DNA from: Alphaproteobacteria bacterium
GTDB lineage: Bacteria > Pseudomonadota > Alphaproteobacteria > CAAHEQ01 > UBA3637
NCBI GenBank assembly: GCA_017962565.1
Contig: JAGCVC010000001.1
Location: 79,119-143,118 of the forward strand
Reading direction: 5' to 3'
Length of the DNA stretch: 64,000 nt
Shown one piece after another: positions 1 to 8,542 of the stretch. Position numbers and translations under genes: made by a program. A model generated the notes under the pieces. That model was not told where the DNA came from and searched no databases. It saw nothing but the letters and a program-made list of their open reading frames with translations. Every line of letters starts with the position of its first letter. Position 1 is the stretch's first letter.

Positions 1-229
1 GAACATCGCAATGCACCGGTCATAAATCCTAACCGTGTTGAAGTTTCTCTTCGTTCAAGCACTGCTTCGTTGGGAAATGCCTCATCTAATTTTGGGGCGG
101 CTTCCTCAAACACTTCACGTTCGAATTTTTAATTTTATAAAAAAAGTTGACAATTTATAAAAAAAGTACTTGCGTTTTGTTTTAAAGTAGTGTATAAATA
201 AATTGTCAAGTTTTGAAGGAGTATTTAAA

Positions 230-454
230 ATGAAAAAAGACATTCATCCAGATTACCATGAAGTAACCGTTGTCATGACAAACGGTGAAAAGTTCACGAC
301 AAAAACAACGGCAGGTAAAGCTGGCGATACTATTCGTTTGGATATTGATCCTTTGACACATCCGGCATGGACGGGGATTCGTCGATTGGTTGATTCCGCC
401 GGACAAGTTTCAAAATTCCAAAAGCGTTTTGCTGGTTTTACAAAAAAGAGTTAG
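230..454 (+). CDS. rpmE: 50S ribosomal protein L31 (true start ATG at 230 inside the 203..454 ORF; GAAGGAG RBS 8 nt upstream)
   Basis: Translation [22 protein letters not shown]...RFAGF matches the L31 family N-terminus (MKKDIHP.YH) and length of about 74 aa. A strong RBS is present. Confidence 0.9.
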   Translation: MKKDIHPDYHEVTVVMTNGEKFTTKTTAGKAGDTIRLDIDPLTHPAWTGIRRLVDSAGQVSKFQKRFAGFTKKS

Positions 455-460
455 TTTTGA

Positions 461-492
461 AAGGCGTCTGCATCTGTGCGGGCGTTTTTTTT
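461..492 (+). terminator. putative intrinsic terminator after rpmE (GC-rich segment followed by a T9 run)
   Basis: ggcgtctgcatctgtgcgggcg is followed by ttttttttt immediately after the rpmE stop. The stem pairing is imperfect. Confidence 0.4.
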
Positions 493-512
493 TACGAAAA
501 AAGGAGTTTAGA

Positions 513-731
513 ATGAAAGAAGCAAAAGAAGCAATTGATACAAAATTAGTAAATAAATTTTTCTGGAAAAACGGAAAAAAGAAAGAAACTGTTGCTCGCT
601 TTGGTGATAATTTTTCTTTTATTAAAGCAGAAAATTTTAAACCTCTTGGTGTAAGAAGCTTTTTAAAAGAACGAACTACACCCAAATTACCTTCTGAACT
701 ATTGAATAACGCAGGGCATCAGGGGATGTAA
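513..731 (+). CDS. small hypothetical protein (72 aa, basic)
   Basis: ATG at 513 is preceded by AAGGAG at 501-506. The product is K-rich with no recognisable domain. The upstream part of the 390..731 ORF overlaps rpmE and is probably not translated. Confidence 0.3.
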   Translation: MKEAKEAIDTKLVNKFFWKNGKKKETVARFGDNFSFIKAENFKPLGVRSFLKERTTPKLPSELLNNAGHQGM

Positions 732-798
732 GTTTCCCAAAACAAACAATTTTATAATTGCTTTCTAACACAAAAGATGTTAGTATCACCGACATTGT

Positions 799-874
799 TG
801 GGGCGTCGCCAAGTGGTAAGGCAGCGGATTCTGATTCCGCCATTTCGTTGGTTCGAATCCAGCCGCCCCAGCCA
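799..874 (+). tRNA. tRNA-Gln (anticodon CUG)
   Basis: A cloverleaf can be drawn: acceptor TGGGGCG/CGCCCCA, anticodon stem GCGGA/TCCGC with loop TTCTGAT (anticodon CTG), T-arm GTTGG-TTCGAAT-CCAGC, and an encoded 3' CCA. Confidence 0.85.
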
Positions 875-1010
875 AGTTGCATAAGTCGTCTAAAATGACG
901 ACTTTTTCTTTTATTTACAAGTAGTTGTATCAGTCCGTGTGCGAGTGCCTAAAAATATGAGATTTTTTACCTTACACGGACCAGCAATATCAAAAAGTCT
1001 TTGTTTTACA
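871..1010. repeat. copy A of a roughly 140-bp tRNA-3'-end-associated repeat (terminator-like hairpin AAGTCGTC-TAAAAT-GACGACTT plus a second inverted repeat GTCCGTGTG...CACACGGAC)
   Basis: It begins within the last bases of tRNA-Gln (CCAGCCAAGTTG). It is about 80% identical to copy C at 3194-3335, and its first 45 nt recur at 1755-1800. Confidence 0.6.
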
Positions 1011-1104
1011 ATAATGTTGTTCCGGGATTTGTCAAATTTATCCCGGAGTTTGACAATTAAAGAATCTTTGATAAAATGTAAAAAAATAAACAAAGGAGAT
1101 TAAA

Positions 1105-1734
1105 ATGATAAAAATCACTCGCAAAACAAAAACAATACTTTTAATTATGGAAATACTCTTTTTTCCATTTCTTATTTCACTTTATTTGTTTCCAAGTTTA
1201 GCGACAGAACGTTTTTGTTTTTACATGGTTCCAAATCCAGATGCCCCGATGATGAACGATGAGCTTTGGACTTGTGGATATTCACCTGCGATGTCTCTTA
1301 TTTTTGAGCCACTCTTTTTTGGGCTATTTACTTTGATTGCTTTTCTATCAACAATTATTTGGACTTTTGTTAAAAAAAAGCCAAAGTATATCATTTTTGT
1401 TCAATTTTCATGGCTTTTCTTCCCGTTTGTATGTTTATTAACGTTAAATGGTATTTTATATCAGCTTTTTCCATACGAAGGAATGTATATTGAAAGCAAT
1501 TATAACTTTTTTATTCCTGTGTTGTGGTTAATGTTATTCTCATTACTTTGGTTGATGCCTATTTTAATATCGTTTATTAGATACAAAAGAAGAAAAATTA
1601 ACAAAGAAAATTTGCAGAACAACATTTATAAATGGCTTAAATGGAGTATTTACCTGTATATAATATATGCTGTTACATTTGTAGCTTTGGCAATATTTAG
1701 TCCATTATTCAGACTTTATTTTCAGATGTTATAG
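1105..1734 (+). CDS. hypothetical polytopic membrane protein (209 aa)
   Basis: AAAGGAG RBS. Several hydrophobic helices, rich in F, L and W. No recognisable catalytic motif. Confidence 0.55.
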   Translation: MIKITRKTKTILLIMEILFFPFLISLYLFPSLATERFCFYMVPNPDAPMMNDELWTCGYSPAMSLIFEPLFFGLFTLIAFLSTIIWTFVKKKPKYIIFVQFSWLFFPFVCLLTLNGILYQLFPYEGMYIESNYNFFIPVLWLMLFSLLWLMPILISFIRYKRRKINKENLQNNIYKWLKWSIYLYIIYAVTFVALAIFSPLFRLYFQML

Positions 1735-1751
1735 TCCGTACTCTGCAAGAC

Positions 1752-1800
1752 AACTCCAGCCAAGTTGTGCAAGTCGTCTGAAAAGGCGACTTTTTTAATA
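1752..1800. repeat. copy B (truncated) of the tRNA-Gln-3'-end repeat
   Basis: CTCCAGCCAAGTTGTGCAAGTCGTCTGAAAAGGCGACTTTTTT contains the same CCAGCCAAGTTG core plus a hairpin and T-run. Confidence 0.5.
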
Positions 1801-1916
1801 GAAAAATCGATGGGGTTATTCTTAATTTAACCGGAAATATTATTCAATAATTTTTCTTGCAAATATTTTTTCCCGCTATAGACTAGAACTTAATGAAAAG
1901 TAGAAGGAAATCAAAA

Positions 1917-2258
1917 ATGTCAGATCAAAATAAAATCGTATTCAGTAAAATTCCCTATTACATAGTTTGTGTTTTGTTTGGGCTTGTTATTGGTCTGCCT
2001 TTTATATTGCCTCTTTTTTTCCCTTGGACCAAAGATTATGCAGGATGTGAACCATATTCACCTTATCCCAGTGTAAGAAGACTTCTAATACTTTCTCATT
2101 TAACATTAATATTAATTTTTATTTGTATGATTTTCTTTGCTTTGATTAGGAAAAAAGGCAAAGCATATTTTATTCATTATTTAAAGCTTTTATTGGGATC
2201 TTTGTTTTCCTTTATATTGCTCTGTTTAATCGGCTTGATTTGCGATTACTTGGCATAG
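1917..2258 (+). CDS. hypothetical small membrane protein (start ATG 1917 with GAAGGAA RBS preferred over 1893)
   Basis: Hydrophobic and predicted to span the membrane 3-4 times. No domain recognised. Confidence 0.5.
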   Translation: MSDQNKIVFSKIPYYIVCVLFGLVIGLPFILPLFFPWTKDYAGCEPYSPYPSVRRLLILSHLTLILIFICMIFFALIRKKGKAYFIHYLKLLLGSLFSFILLCLIGLICDYLA

Positions 2259-2282
2259 ATAAGGAAATGGTTTGTATCAAAC

Positions 2283-2304
2283 ACGCTGTGTCCAGCCAAT
2301 AAAA
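2283..2304. repeat. copy D (short) of the repeat core CACGCTGTGTCCAGCCAAT
   Basis: Shares CACGCTGTGTCCA(A/G)CCAA with the start of copy C at 3181. Confidence 0.35.
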
Positions 2305-2409
2305 AGCATTTTAAAATATTTGAAATTCATCTTGGCAAGTTTGTTTGACTTTTGATCATTTTTCATGTACAATACTTAGATGTGATTAATTAAAAAAAGG
2401 AAAATAAAA

Positions 2410-3024
2410 ATGACTGATGAAAGTAAAATAGAAGAATTGCCGTCTTTTTTTCAAAAGAAAATTAAAGAATTGGATAATTTTCGTGACGAAGATTTATTGT
2501 ACGGAAAAGAATGCACAAAGCGCATTTACATGGATGCTTATGCTGTCGCTAAATATTGTGTTACTTTAGATAAATTGGAAAATGAATTTATAAAAGAAAG
2601 CTCAAAAAAACAATATGAGCATGTCCCAGAATTGGATCCAAATCATTCAAATATAAGTTTTGCCATGGTTATTTCTTATGCAACACAGTATTTGGAAACA
2701 AAGGACTTGCCTCCATTTTTTCAAAGAAAAATCGAAGAAATAAACGGAAAGTCGGATGATGATTTCTTTTTTGGAAAAGATCTGACAAAAAAGCTTGTCA
2801 AAGATGCTTACGAATTTGTCAAAAACTGTGGTGATATGGCCGAATTAGAACGTTTCTTTGGACAAAAAGAAGAAGAACAATGTAAAGAAGCTTCTCAGAT
2901 TCTGAAGAATTCAGATCATTCAGGAGCAAGTTTAAGTATGGTTATAGGTTATGCAAAACAATATTTCGAAAGTGAAATAGTGGCAAGAAAAAAAGCTGCA
3001 GAGAGAATTAATGGCGGAAGATAA
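2410..3024 (+). CDS. hypothetical soluble protein with an internal two-fold duplication
   Basis: The two halves align: LPSFFQKKIKELDNFRDEDLLYGKECTKRIYMDAYAVAKYCV...NISFAMVISYATQYLE with LPPFFQRKIEEINGKSDDDFFFGKDLTKKLVKDAYEFVKNC...GASLSMVIGYAKQYFE. Confidence 0.55.
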   Translation: MTDESKIEELPSFFQKKIKELDNFRDEDLLYGKECTKRIYMDAYAVAKYCVTLDKLENEFIKESSKKQYEHVPELDPNHSNISFAMVISYATQYLETKDLPPFFQRKIEEINGKSDDDFFFGKDLTKKLVKDAYEFVKNCGDMAELERFFGQKEEEQCKEASQILKNSDHSGASLSMVIGYAKQYFESEIVARKKAAERINGGR

Positions 3025-3180
3025 GCGCTATTGCGTTAATTTAACAAGGCTTCATATTTAGAACAACAAGATGATAAAGCAAAACACAGAACAAGTAGTA
3101 TTTTCTTCGTAATTTTCTCCTTTTTTACACGCTATTTGACATTTTAATTTATTGCAACATGAAATTTATTTCGTATATTG

Positions 3181-3335
3181 CACGCTGTGTCCAACCAAGT
3201 TGTGTAAGCCGTTAAAAATGACGACTTTTTATTTTGTTAGCAAGTGGTTGTGTCAGTCCGTGTGCGAGCATTCAAAAATGTGCGATTTTTCGCCTTACAC
3301 GAACCAGCATTGTCAAAATATCCTTGTTTTTAACT
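3181..3335. repeat. copy C (full length) of the tRNA-Gln-3'-end-associated repeat
   Basis: CACGCTGTGTCCAACCAAGTTGTGTAAGCCGTT...GACGACTTTTT...GTCAGTCCGTGTGCGAG...CCTTACACGAACCAGCA aligns with 871-1010. Confidence 0.6.
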
Positions 3336-3404
3336 TTTTATTTAACGGAATATAAATTAAAGCATGCATTCTACTTTTCTGCTGAATAATTAGCCGTAGA
3401 AATT

Positions 3405-3434
3405 AAAAGAACCGTCCATTTGGACGGTTCTTTT
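3405..3434. terminator. bidirectional intrinsic terminator (perfect 10-bp stem GAACCGTCCA-TTT-TGGACGGTTC flanked by an A-run and a T-run)
   Basis: Seen directly. It lies just downstream of the stop of the minus-strand gene 3450..3755. Confidence 0.7.
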
Positions 3435-3449
3435 ATCGATTGATAGGAC

Positions 3450-3755
3450 TTAGATACCTTTTGATCCTTTTTGAGCAGCTTTAATAATTTTTACCATTTC
3501 TTTTGCTTTTTTCTCTTCTTCTTTAGCAATATCTAAAGCCGTTTTACCTTTTTCTTTTTGAGCAGCTTTAATCGTTTTTATTATTTCTTTTGCCCTTTTT
3601 TGTCTTTCTTTTGCTCTTTCTTTAGCAACATCTAAAGCAGTTTTACCTTTTTCTTTTTGAGCAGCTTTAATAATTTTTACCATTTTTTTTGCTTTTTCTT
3701 CTTTTTCTTTAGCAACATCTAAAGCTGTTTTATCTTTAACGTTTTTTGTTCCCAT
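3450..3755 (-). CDS. small protein made of three tandem 33-aa repeats (GKTALD[VI]AKE...KIIKAAQKEK), possibly a degenerate ankyrin-like repeat
   Basis: Three near-identical 33-residue units are visible in the translation, and the same repeat is visible at nucleotide level. G-x-TAL-x-A resembles the G-TPLH-A ankyrin core, and ankyrin repeats are also 33 aa long. Confidence 0.5.
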   Translation of the reverse strand: MGTKNVKDKTALDVAKEKEEKAKKMVKIIKAAQKEKGKTALDVAKERAKERQKRAKEIIKTIKAAQKEKGKTALDIAKEEEKKAKEMVKIIKAAQKGSKGI

Positions 3756-3946
3756 TTTCTCATCCTTTCATTTTATAACTTAATGGTTGATCGGTTTTTT
3801 TATTAGTTCTCAAAACCACAATATCTTATTATATCATTATTATAAAAATTTTTCAAGAAAAAAGCGGTTGTTTAATATTTCAACTTTTTACAATATAAAA
3901 AACTTTCTTAATCCGCATTCTGTATATTGTGTCCGGCCAACAAAAT

Positions 3947-5458
3947 TCAATCCATATACAACTGGGTCAAATTCATTTGCTTTCTTAAAAGTTCATGAAT
4001 ACTGAAGTTTGTTTTTTTGTAGGCTACTTTCGGATATTTATCCCCACCCTTAGCAATATAAGACGATGTTAAAACGGTATATTCTTTATCTAAATCCAAT
4101 GCATTACCTTTAATTGTAATATTCTTAATTTCCTTATCTTCGGGGGAAAAGTCATAATCAATCCCCGATGTTTGCAACAAGGCATTTGTTTTCATATCAG
4201 TCTTGTAATCAGCAATACCATGTTCTATAAATTCTTTTATTTGTTTTCCTGTTAATTGAACTAAAACAGCTTCATCATCAAACGGCAGAACATCCACCAG
4301 ATTTTGATAAAAAATCTTCCCTGCCGGTAAACCTTTTCTGATAGATCCGGAATTTAACAAAACACCATCGATGGACGGATAAGCCGAATGTAACATGTGT
4401 GTAAGATATTTTCCGATTGGGCAGTCTTTATCACAGTAATTTTTTCCGGGAGTAAAGTTAAAAGAATTTTCTAAAATAGCAATTGGCTCCGTCAAAACGG
4501 GATCTAATTGATCCTCTGCTTTTTCAATCAACTCTAATCCACGGGGATTGTTTGGAATTTTTTTGCTCATAGGAACGGTATTTCCTTGATATTTAATAAC
4601 ATGTCCTTTTGCATCAAAGGTTACCTGTAATCGCCCGACATATTGTCCCCCCATTCCCGATGTCACAATTAAAGTCTTTCCCCGATTTATCTCAACAGGA
4701 TACGGGCCGTCAGCCAGTGTTCCAAGATCATTGTTAAGCAACGAATGGGAATGTCCGCCGACAATGACATCTATTTCCGGGCATTCTTTTGCCAATTTTT
4801 TATCCGCATCCAATCCGATGTGAGATAAAACAATAATAATACTTATGCCCTGCTCTTTTAGAAAATCAATTTCTTTTGAAACAGCCTCAAAAACGGGTGT
4901 AACAGATATATTAGGATTGTTCAATATGTCTGTTTGGGGTGTTAATACACCGATAACGCCGATCTTATGCCCTTCTTTTTCTAAAATAATGGAAGGCCTG
5001 ACTAAAGGAAACAGCTCTTCTGTTTCAGATATTTTTAAATTCGCGACAACAACAGGCACAGACCATTTTTGAAAGAAAGATATTGTTTCCGATAAATTAT
5101 CATCAAATTCGTGATTACCCAAAGTAACTGCATCGTAAGGCATTTCCTCAAACAAAGGGAGTAAATATTTACTCTTTGTCAGCGTATAAAAGAAAGTGCC
5201 GGTAAAACGATCCCCCGCATCCAAAATAAGACTGTTCGATGACCTTTCTTGTTGTAAAAAAGTAATTATACGCGCAAACCCGCCCAAGCAATCTGAATCC
5301 GGTGCACAATCGTGTGTATTGTCAAATGGAAGTAAATGAGAGTGCAAATCATTTGTGTGAACTAAATTTAATGTAAAATCATTTGCCCCGTCAGCTTTAA
5401 AATTACTGCAACTACATAAGCAACAGGTAAAAAGAATAAAAAATAATTTTCTAATCAT
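3947..5458 (-). CDS. 5'-nucleotidase / UDP-sugar hydrolase family metallophosphoesterase, lipoprotein
   Basis: N-terminal signal with a Cys-rich lipobox region (FTCCLCSCSNF). Calcineurin-like phosphoesterase motifs are present (LHTNDLHSH, GDRF, GNHEFD), followed by a C-terminal 5'-nucleotidase-type domain. Confidence 0.8.
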   Translation of the reverse strand: MIRKLFFILFTCCLCSCSNFKADGANDFTLNLVHTNDLHSHLLPFDNTHDCAPDSDCLGGFARIITFLQQERSSNSLILDAGDRFTGTFFYTLTKSKYLLPLFEEMPYDAVTLGNHEFDDNLSETISFFQKWSVPVVVANLKISETEELFPLVRPSIILEKEGHKIGVIGVLTPQTDILNNPNISVTPVFEAVSKEIDFLKEQGISIIIVLSHIGLDADKKLAKECPEIDVIVGGHSHSLLNNDLGTLADGPYPVEINRGKTLIVTSGMGGQYVGRLQVTFDAKGHVIKYQGNTVPMSKKIPNNPRGLELIEKAEDQLDPVLTEPIAILENSFNFTPGKNYCDKDCPIGKYLTHMLHSAYPSIDGVLLNSGSIRKGLPAGKIFYQNLVDVLPFDDEAVLVQLTGKQIKEFIEHGIADYKTDMKTNALLQTSGIDYDFSPEDKEIKNITIKGNALDLDKEYTVLTSSYIAKGGDKYPKVAYKKTNFSIHELLRKQMNLTQLYMD

Positions 5459-5682
5459 ACAAACTTTCCTTCAGAAATTGAATGTATTTTTAACATATCA
5501 AAAAATAAAATGCAGTGCAATATCATATTGGCTTATGTATTGCGAAAACATTTTAATCTATAACTTTGAGATGTTTTTTAGATAGTGTTACACTGATAAA
5601 ATTAGCTTGAAAAATATGTTTGTATTTTTGGGAATGATGATTTATAATGATTTTGCTATAAAAGTTACTTTAAGGAGTTTCC

Positions 5683-6354
5683 ATGAAAAAAATCTTATCT
5701 GTTTTTATTTTAACATTTATAATAGCATTATCCGTAAATGCAAAAGAACAAAAAATCTATTATCGTGATAAAGTTAAATGCAATGATGAAAGAACTTTTT
5801 GCAAGGATGAAAAGGGTAACCCAATAACCGGTATTGTTGAATCAATAAAAAATGGAAAACGTATAATAGCTATAGAATATAGAAATGGCTTTAAGGAGGG
5901 CAAAAGAATAGTATATTCTTCTGATGGAATACATCCTGTACTTGAATTTTCTACAAATAGAAATGGAGATCTCGATGGTAAAAGCAAAAGCTATTGGGGT
6001 GATACACATACAATAAGAAGCAAAGCTACATGGAAAAAAGGAGAACAAAAGGGAAAAAGTATAATGTACTATAAAAGTGGAAAAAAACAGTGGACTTCGC
6101 AGATAATTGAACCGATTGAAAGTGTTGATGTTACCCCTATGAAATTTGAGTTTTTTGACAGAAACGAACAGTTGTTTGCAACATTTGATATCAACGGCAT
6201 AACATGCTACGATAAAGATAAAAAGGCCAGAAATGCGACAACTGCCGAAAAAATATTGAAGATAAACGCTATTTGGGAAGAAATGGAAAATGCGTTAACT
6301 AATCCAGAATTAAATCCAAACAAGGAACCTGACTTCACATTTTTATGTGAATAA
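5683..6354 (+). CDS. secreted repeat protein (MORN-variant / YwqK-like repeats)
   Basis: Signal peptide MKKILSVFILTFIIALSVNA. Repeated G-x-x-x-Y/W K-x-G turn motifs resemble MORN_2 repeats. The family is similar to the C-terminal half of the 14377..16044 product. Confidence 0.5.
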   Translation: MKKILSVFILTFIIALSVNAKEQKIYYRDKVKCNDERTFCKDEKGNPITGIVESIKNGKRIIAIEYRNGFKEGKRIVYSSDGIHPVLEFSTNRNGDLDGKSKSYWGDTHTIRSKATWKKGEQKGKSIMYYKSGKKQWTSQIIEPIESVDVTPMKFEFFDRNEQLFATFDINGITCYDKDKKARNATTAEKILKINAIWEEMENALTNPELNPNKEPDFTFLCE

Positions 6355-6452
6355 TTTTTATTTAAAAACCGTAGAATTTTACAGCTTGACTTTTGACAAC
6401 CCTTTCTATATGGTAAAAACAGTGTTGTTTTTATAAAAAAAAAGGAATTAAA

Positions 6453-7418
6453 ATGCATGCTATTTTAGAAAAAATACAAAAAATTGGAATTGTTCCGGTT
6501 GTAAAAATTGATAAAGCCGAAGATGCAATTCCTTTGGCAAAAGCATTATGTGCGGGCGGATTACCCTGTGCAGAAGTAACATTCAGAACAGATGCGGCCG
6601 CAGAAGCAATTGGCTTGATGGTAAAAAATTTTCCGCAAATGTGTGTCGGCGCAGGAACGGTACTGAATTCAACGCAAGTTGATGCCGCCATTCAATCGGG
6701 GGCTCAATTTATTGTTAGTCCGGGTTTAAATCCTAAAACAGTTCAATATTGCATTGATAAAAATATCCCCGTTGTTCCCGGAATCAGTTCTCCTTCGGAA
6801 ATTGAATTAGCTATTGAATTGGGATTGGATGTTGTTAAATTTTTCCCGGCAGAACAATCAGGCGGGTTGGCTAAAATTAAGGCGATGTCAGCCCCCTATA
6901 CAACAATGAAATTTATGCCAACCGGCGGCATCAATGCCAAAAATTTGAACAGTTATTTAGACTTTCCGAAAATTTTGGCTTGCGGTGGTTCTTGGATGGT
7001 TCCGGCAGATTTAATCAATAATGGCGAATTTGATAAAATTGAACAGTTAACTCGTGAAGCCGTTCAAACAATGTTAGGTTTTGAATTGGCTCACATCGGT
7101 GTAAATGAACAAAATGAAGAAAGCGCCACAAAAACAGCAGACCGTTTTTCCTATATTTTCGGTATGGAGAAAAAGGTTGGAAACAGCTCTATTTTTTCCG
7201 GTAACGCGTTGGAAGTTATGAAAGCTCCTTATTTGGGAAAGAATGGGCATATTGCGATTAAAACAAACTATATAGAAAGAGCCGTTAATTATTTGTCCTC
7301 TGTTTTGGGTGTAGAATTTGATGAAAAAACCACTAAAACAGATGCAAAAGGTAAAATGAAAGCCATTTATTTAAAAGAAGAAATTGGCGGATTTGCAGTA
7401 CATTTAGTACAAAAATAG
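6453..7418 (+). CDS. eda: 2-dehydro-3-deoxyphosphogluconate / 4-hydroxy-2-oxoglutarate aldolase with an extra C-terminal domain of about 110 aa
   Basis: The N-terminal 210 aa match the KDPG aldolase family (VPVVKID, CAGG...EVTFRT, VGAGTVL, KFFPAE). The last ~110 aa (GFELAHIGVNE...GGFAVHLVQK) are additional and resemble a small glyoxalase/VOC-like fold. Confidence 0.8.
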   Translation: MHAILEKIQKIGIVPVVKIDKAEDAIPLAKALCAGGLPCAEVTFRTDAAAEAIGLMVKNFPQMCVGAGTVLNSTQVDAAIQSGAQFIVSPGLNPKTVQYCIDKNIPVVPGISSPSEIELAIELGLDVVKFFPAEQSGGLAKIKAMSAPYTTMKFMPTGGINAKNLNSYLDFPKILACGGSWMVPADLINNGEFDKIEQLTREAVQTMLGFELAHIGVNEQNEESATKTADRFSYIFGMEKKVGNSSIFSGNALEVMKAPYLGKNGHIAIKTNYIERAVNYLSSVLGVEFDEKTTKTDAKGKMKAIYLKEEIGGFAVHLVQK

Positions 7419-7428
7419 GAGAAAAAAC

Positions 7429-8460
7429 ATGTCAAAAATAGTTACAATGGGTGAAATTATGTTGCGTTTATCAACGCCAAATTTCGAAAGATTTATTCAA
7501 GCTGATGAATTTGATATTAACTATGGCGGCGGAGAAGCAAATGTAGCAGTATCTTTGGCCAACTATGGGCATAATGCTGAATTTGTTACTGCCGTTCCAC
7601 AAAATGAAATCGGTGAATGTGCAATCGCTGCATTAAGAAAATATAATGTAGGAACAGAACATATTGCAAAAACCGGTTCCCGATTGGGCATTTATTTTCT
7701 GGAAAGCGGCTCTGCTATGCGTCCGTCTAAAGTTATCTATGACCGCGCAAATTCATCAATTTCTACCGCCACGGAAAAAGATTTTGATTTTGATGCAATT
7801 TTTAAGGATGCAGATTGGTTCCATTTTACGGGAATTACTCCGGCATTATCGGATAGTGCCGCGGAATTAACTGAAAAAGCCTTGATTGCAGCGAAAAAAC
7901 ACGGTGTTAAAGTTTCTGTTGATTTGAATTTCAGAAAAAAACTTTGGACATCGGAAAAAGCACAAAAGGTTATGACAAATTTGATGCAATATGTCGATGT
8001 TTGTATCGGGAATGAAGAAGATGCAGAATTGGTTTTGGGCTTTAAACCGGGTCAAACAGATGTCACAAGCGGAGAGTTAGAGCTCGCAGGATATAAATCT
8101 ATTTTTGAACAAATGGTTGCAAAGTTTAATTTTGAATATTGTGTATCATCTTTACGTGTCAGTCGTTCTGCTTCTGATAACGGTTGGTCAGCTTGTATAT
8201 ACAAGGCTGCTACTAAAGAATTTTATCATTCAAAAGAATATACCATTCGCCCGATTGTAGATCGTGTCGGTGGTGGTGATTCATTTGCGGCCGGCGTTAT
8301 TTGCGGTTTATTAGACGGTAAAGACTTTAAATCTGCTTTGGAATTTGCTGTCGCCGCTTCGGCTTTAAAACACACAATTCCGGGAGACTTTAATTTTGTA
8401 TCCAGAAAGGAAGTCGAAACACTTGCCGGTGGTGATGCTTCTGGACGTGTCCAAAGATAA
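7429..8460 (+). CDS. kdgK: 2-dehydro-3-deoxygluconokinase (PfkB/ribokinase-family sugar kinase)
   Basis: PfkB signatures are present, including the C-terminal GGGDSFAAG motif. The gene sits immediately downstream of eda in the classic operon arrangement. Confidence 0.8.
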   Translation: MSKIVTMGEIMLRLSTPNFERFIQADEFDINYGGGEANVAVSLANYGHNAEFVTAVPQNEIGECAIAALRKYNVGTEHIAKTGSRLGIYFLESGSAMRPSKVIYDRANSSISTATEKDFDFDAIFKDADWFHFTGITPALSDSAAELTEKALIAAKKHGVKVSVDLNFRKKLWTSEKAQKVMTNLMQYVDVCIGNEEDAELVLGFKPGQTDVTSGELELAGYKSIFEQMVAKFNFEYCVSSLRVSRSASDNGWSACIYKAATKEFYHSKEYTIRPIVDRVGGGDSFAAGVICGLLDGKDFKSALEFAVAASALKHTIPGDFNFVSRKEVETLAGGDASGRVQR

Positions 8461-8477
8461 AAAAATAACCAACAAAA

Positions 8478-8506
8478 AAAACCGTCCATTCGGGCGGTTT
8501 TTTTAT
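8478..8506 (+). terminator. intrinsic terminator after kdgK (AACCGTCCATTCGGGCGGTT plus a T-run)
   Basis: Hairpin and T7 run follow directly after the stop. Confidence 0.6.
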
Positions 8507-8542
8507 TATTTTTGCTTCACAAAAGTTACCCAAATAATACCA

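Noticed and set aside
1-125. Possible 5'-truncated gene on the minus strand running out of the left edge (frame giving ...ERELFEEAAPKLDEAFPNEAVLERRETSTRLGFMTGALRC).
   Set aside because: There is no clear start codon or RBS within the window, and a plus-strand frame is equally open. The evidence is too little to call it.
390-731. ORF-track entry 390..731, which overlaps the 3' end of rpmE.
   Set aside because: The upstream portion overlaps rpmE in another frame and spans the rpmE terminator. Only the internal start at 513, which has an AAGGAG RBS, is plausible, and even that is low confidence.
871-3340. Integron-type attC cassette array as an interpretation of the repeats at the tRNA-Gln locus.
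   Set aside because: There is no intI gene and no recognisable R''-L''/L'-R' core sites (GTTRRRY). The repeats are direct copies of the tRNA 3' end, which fits tRNA-targeted integration remnants or a REP-like element better.
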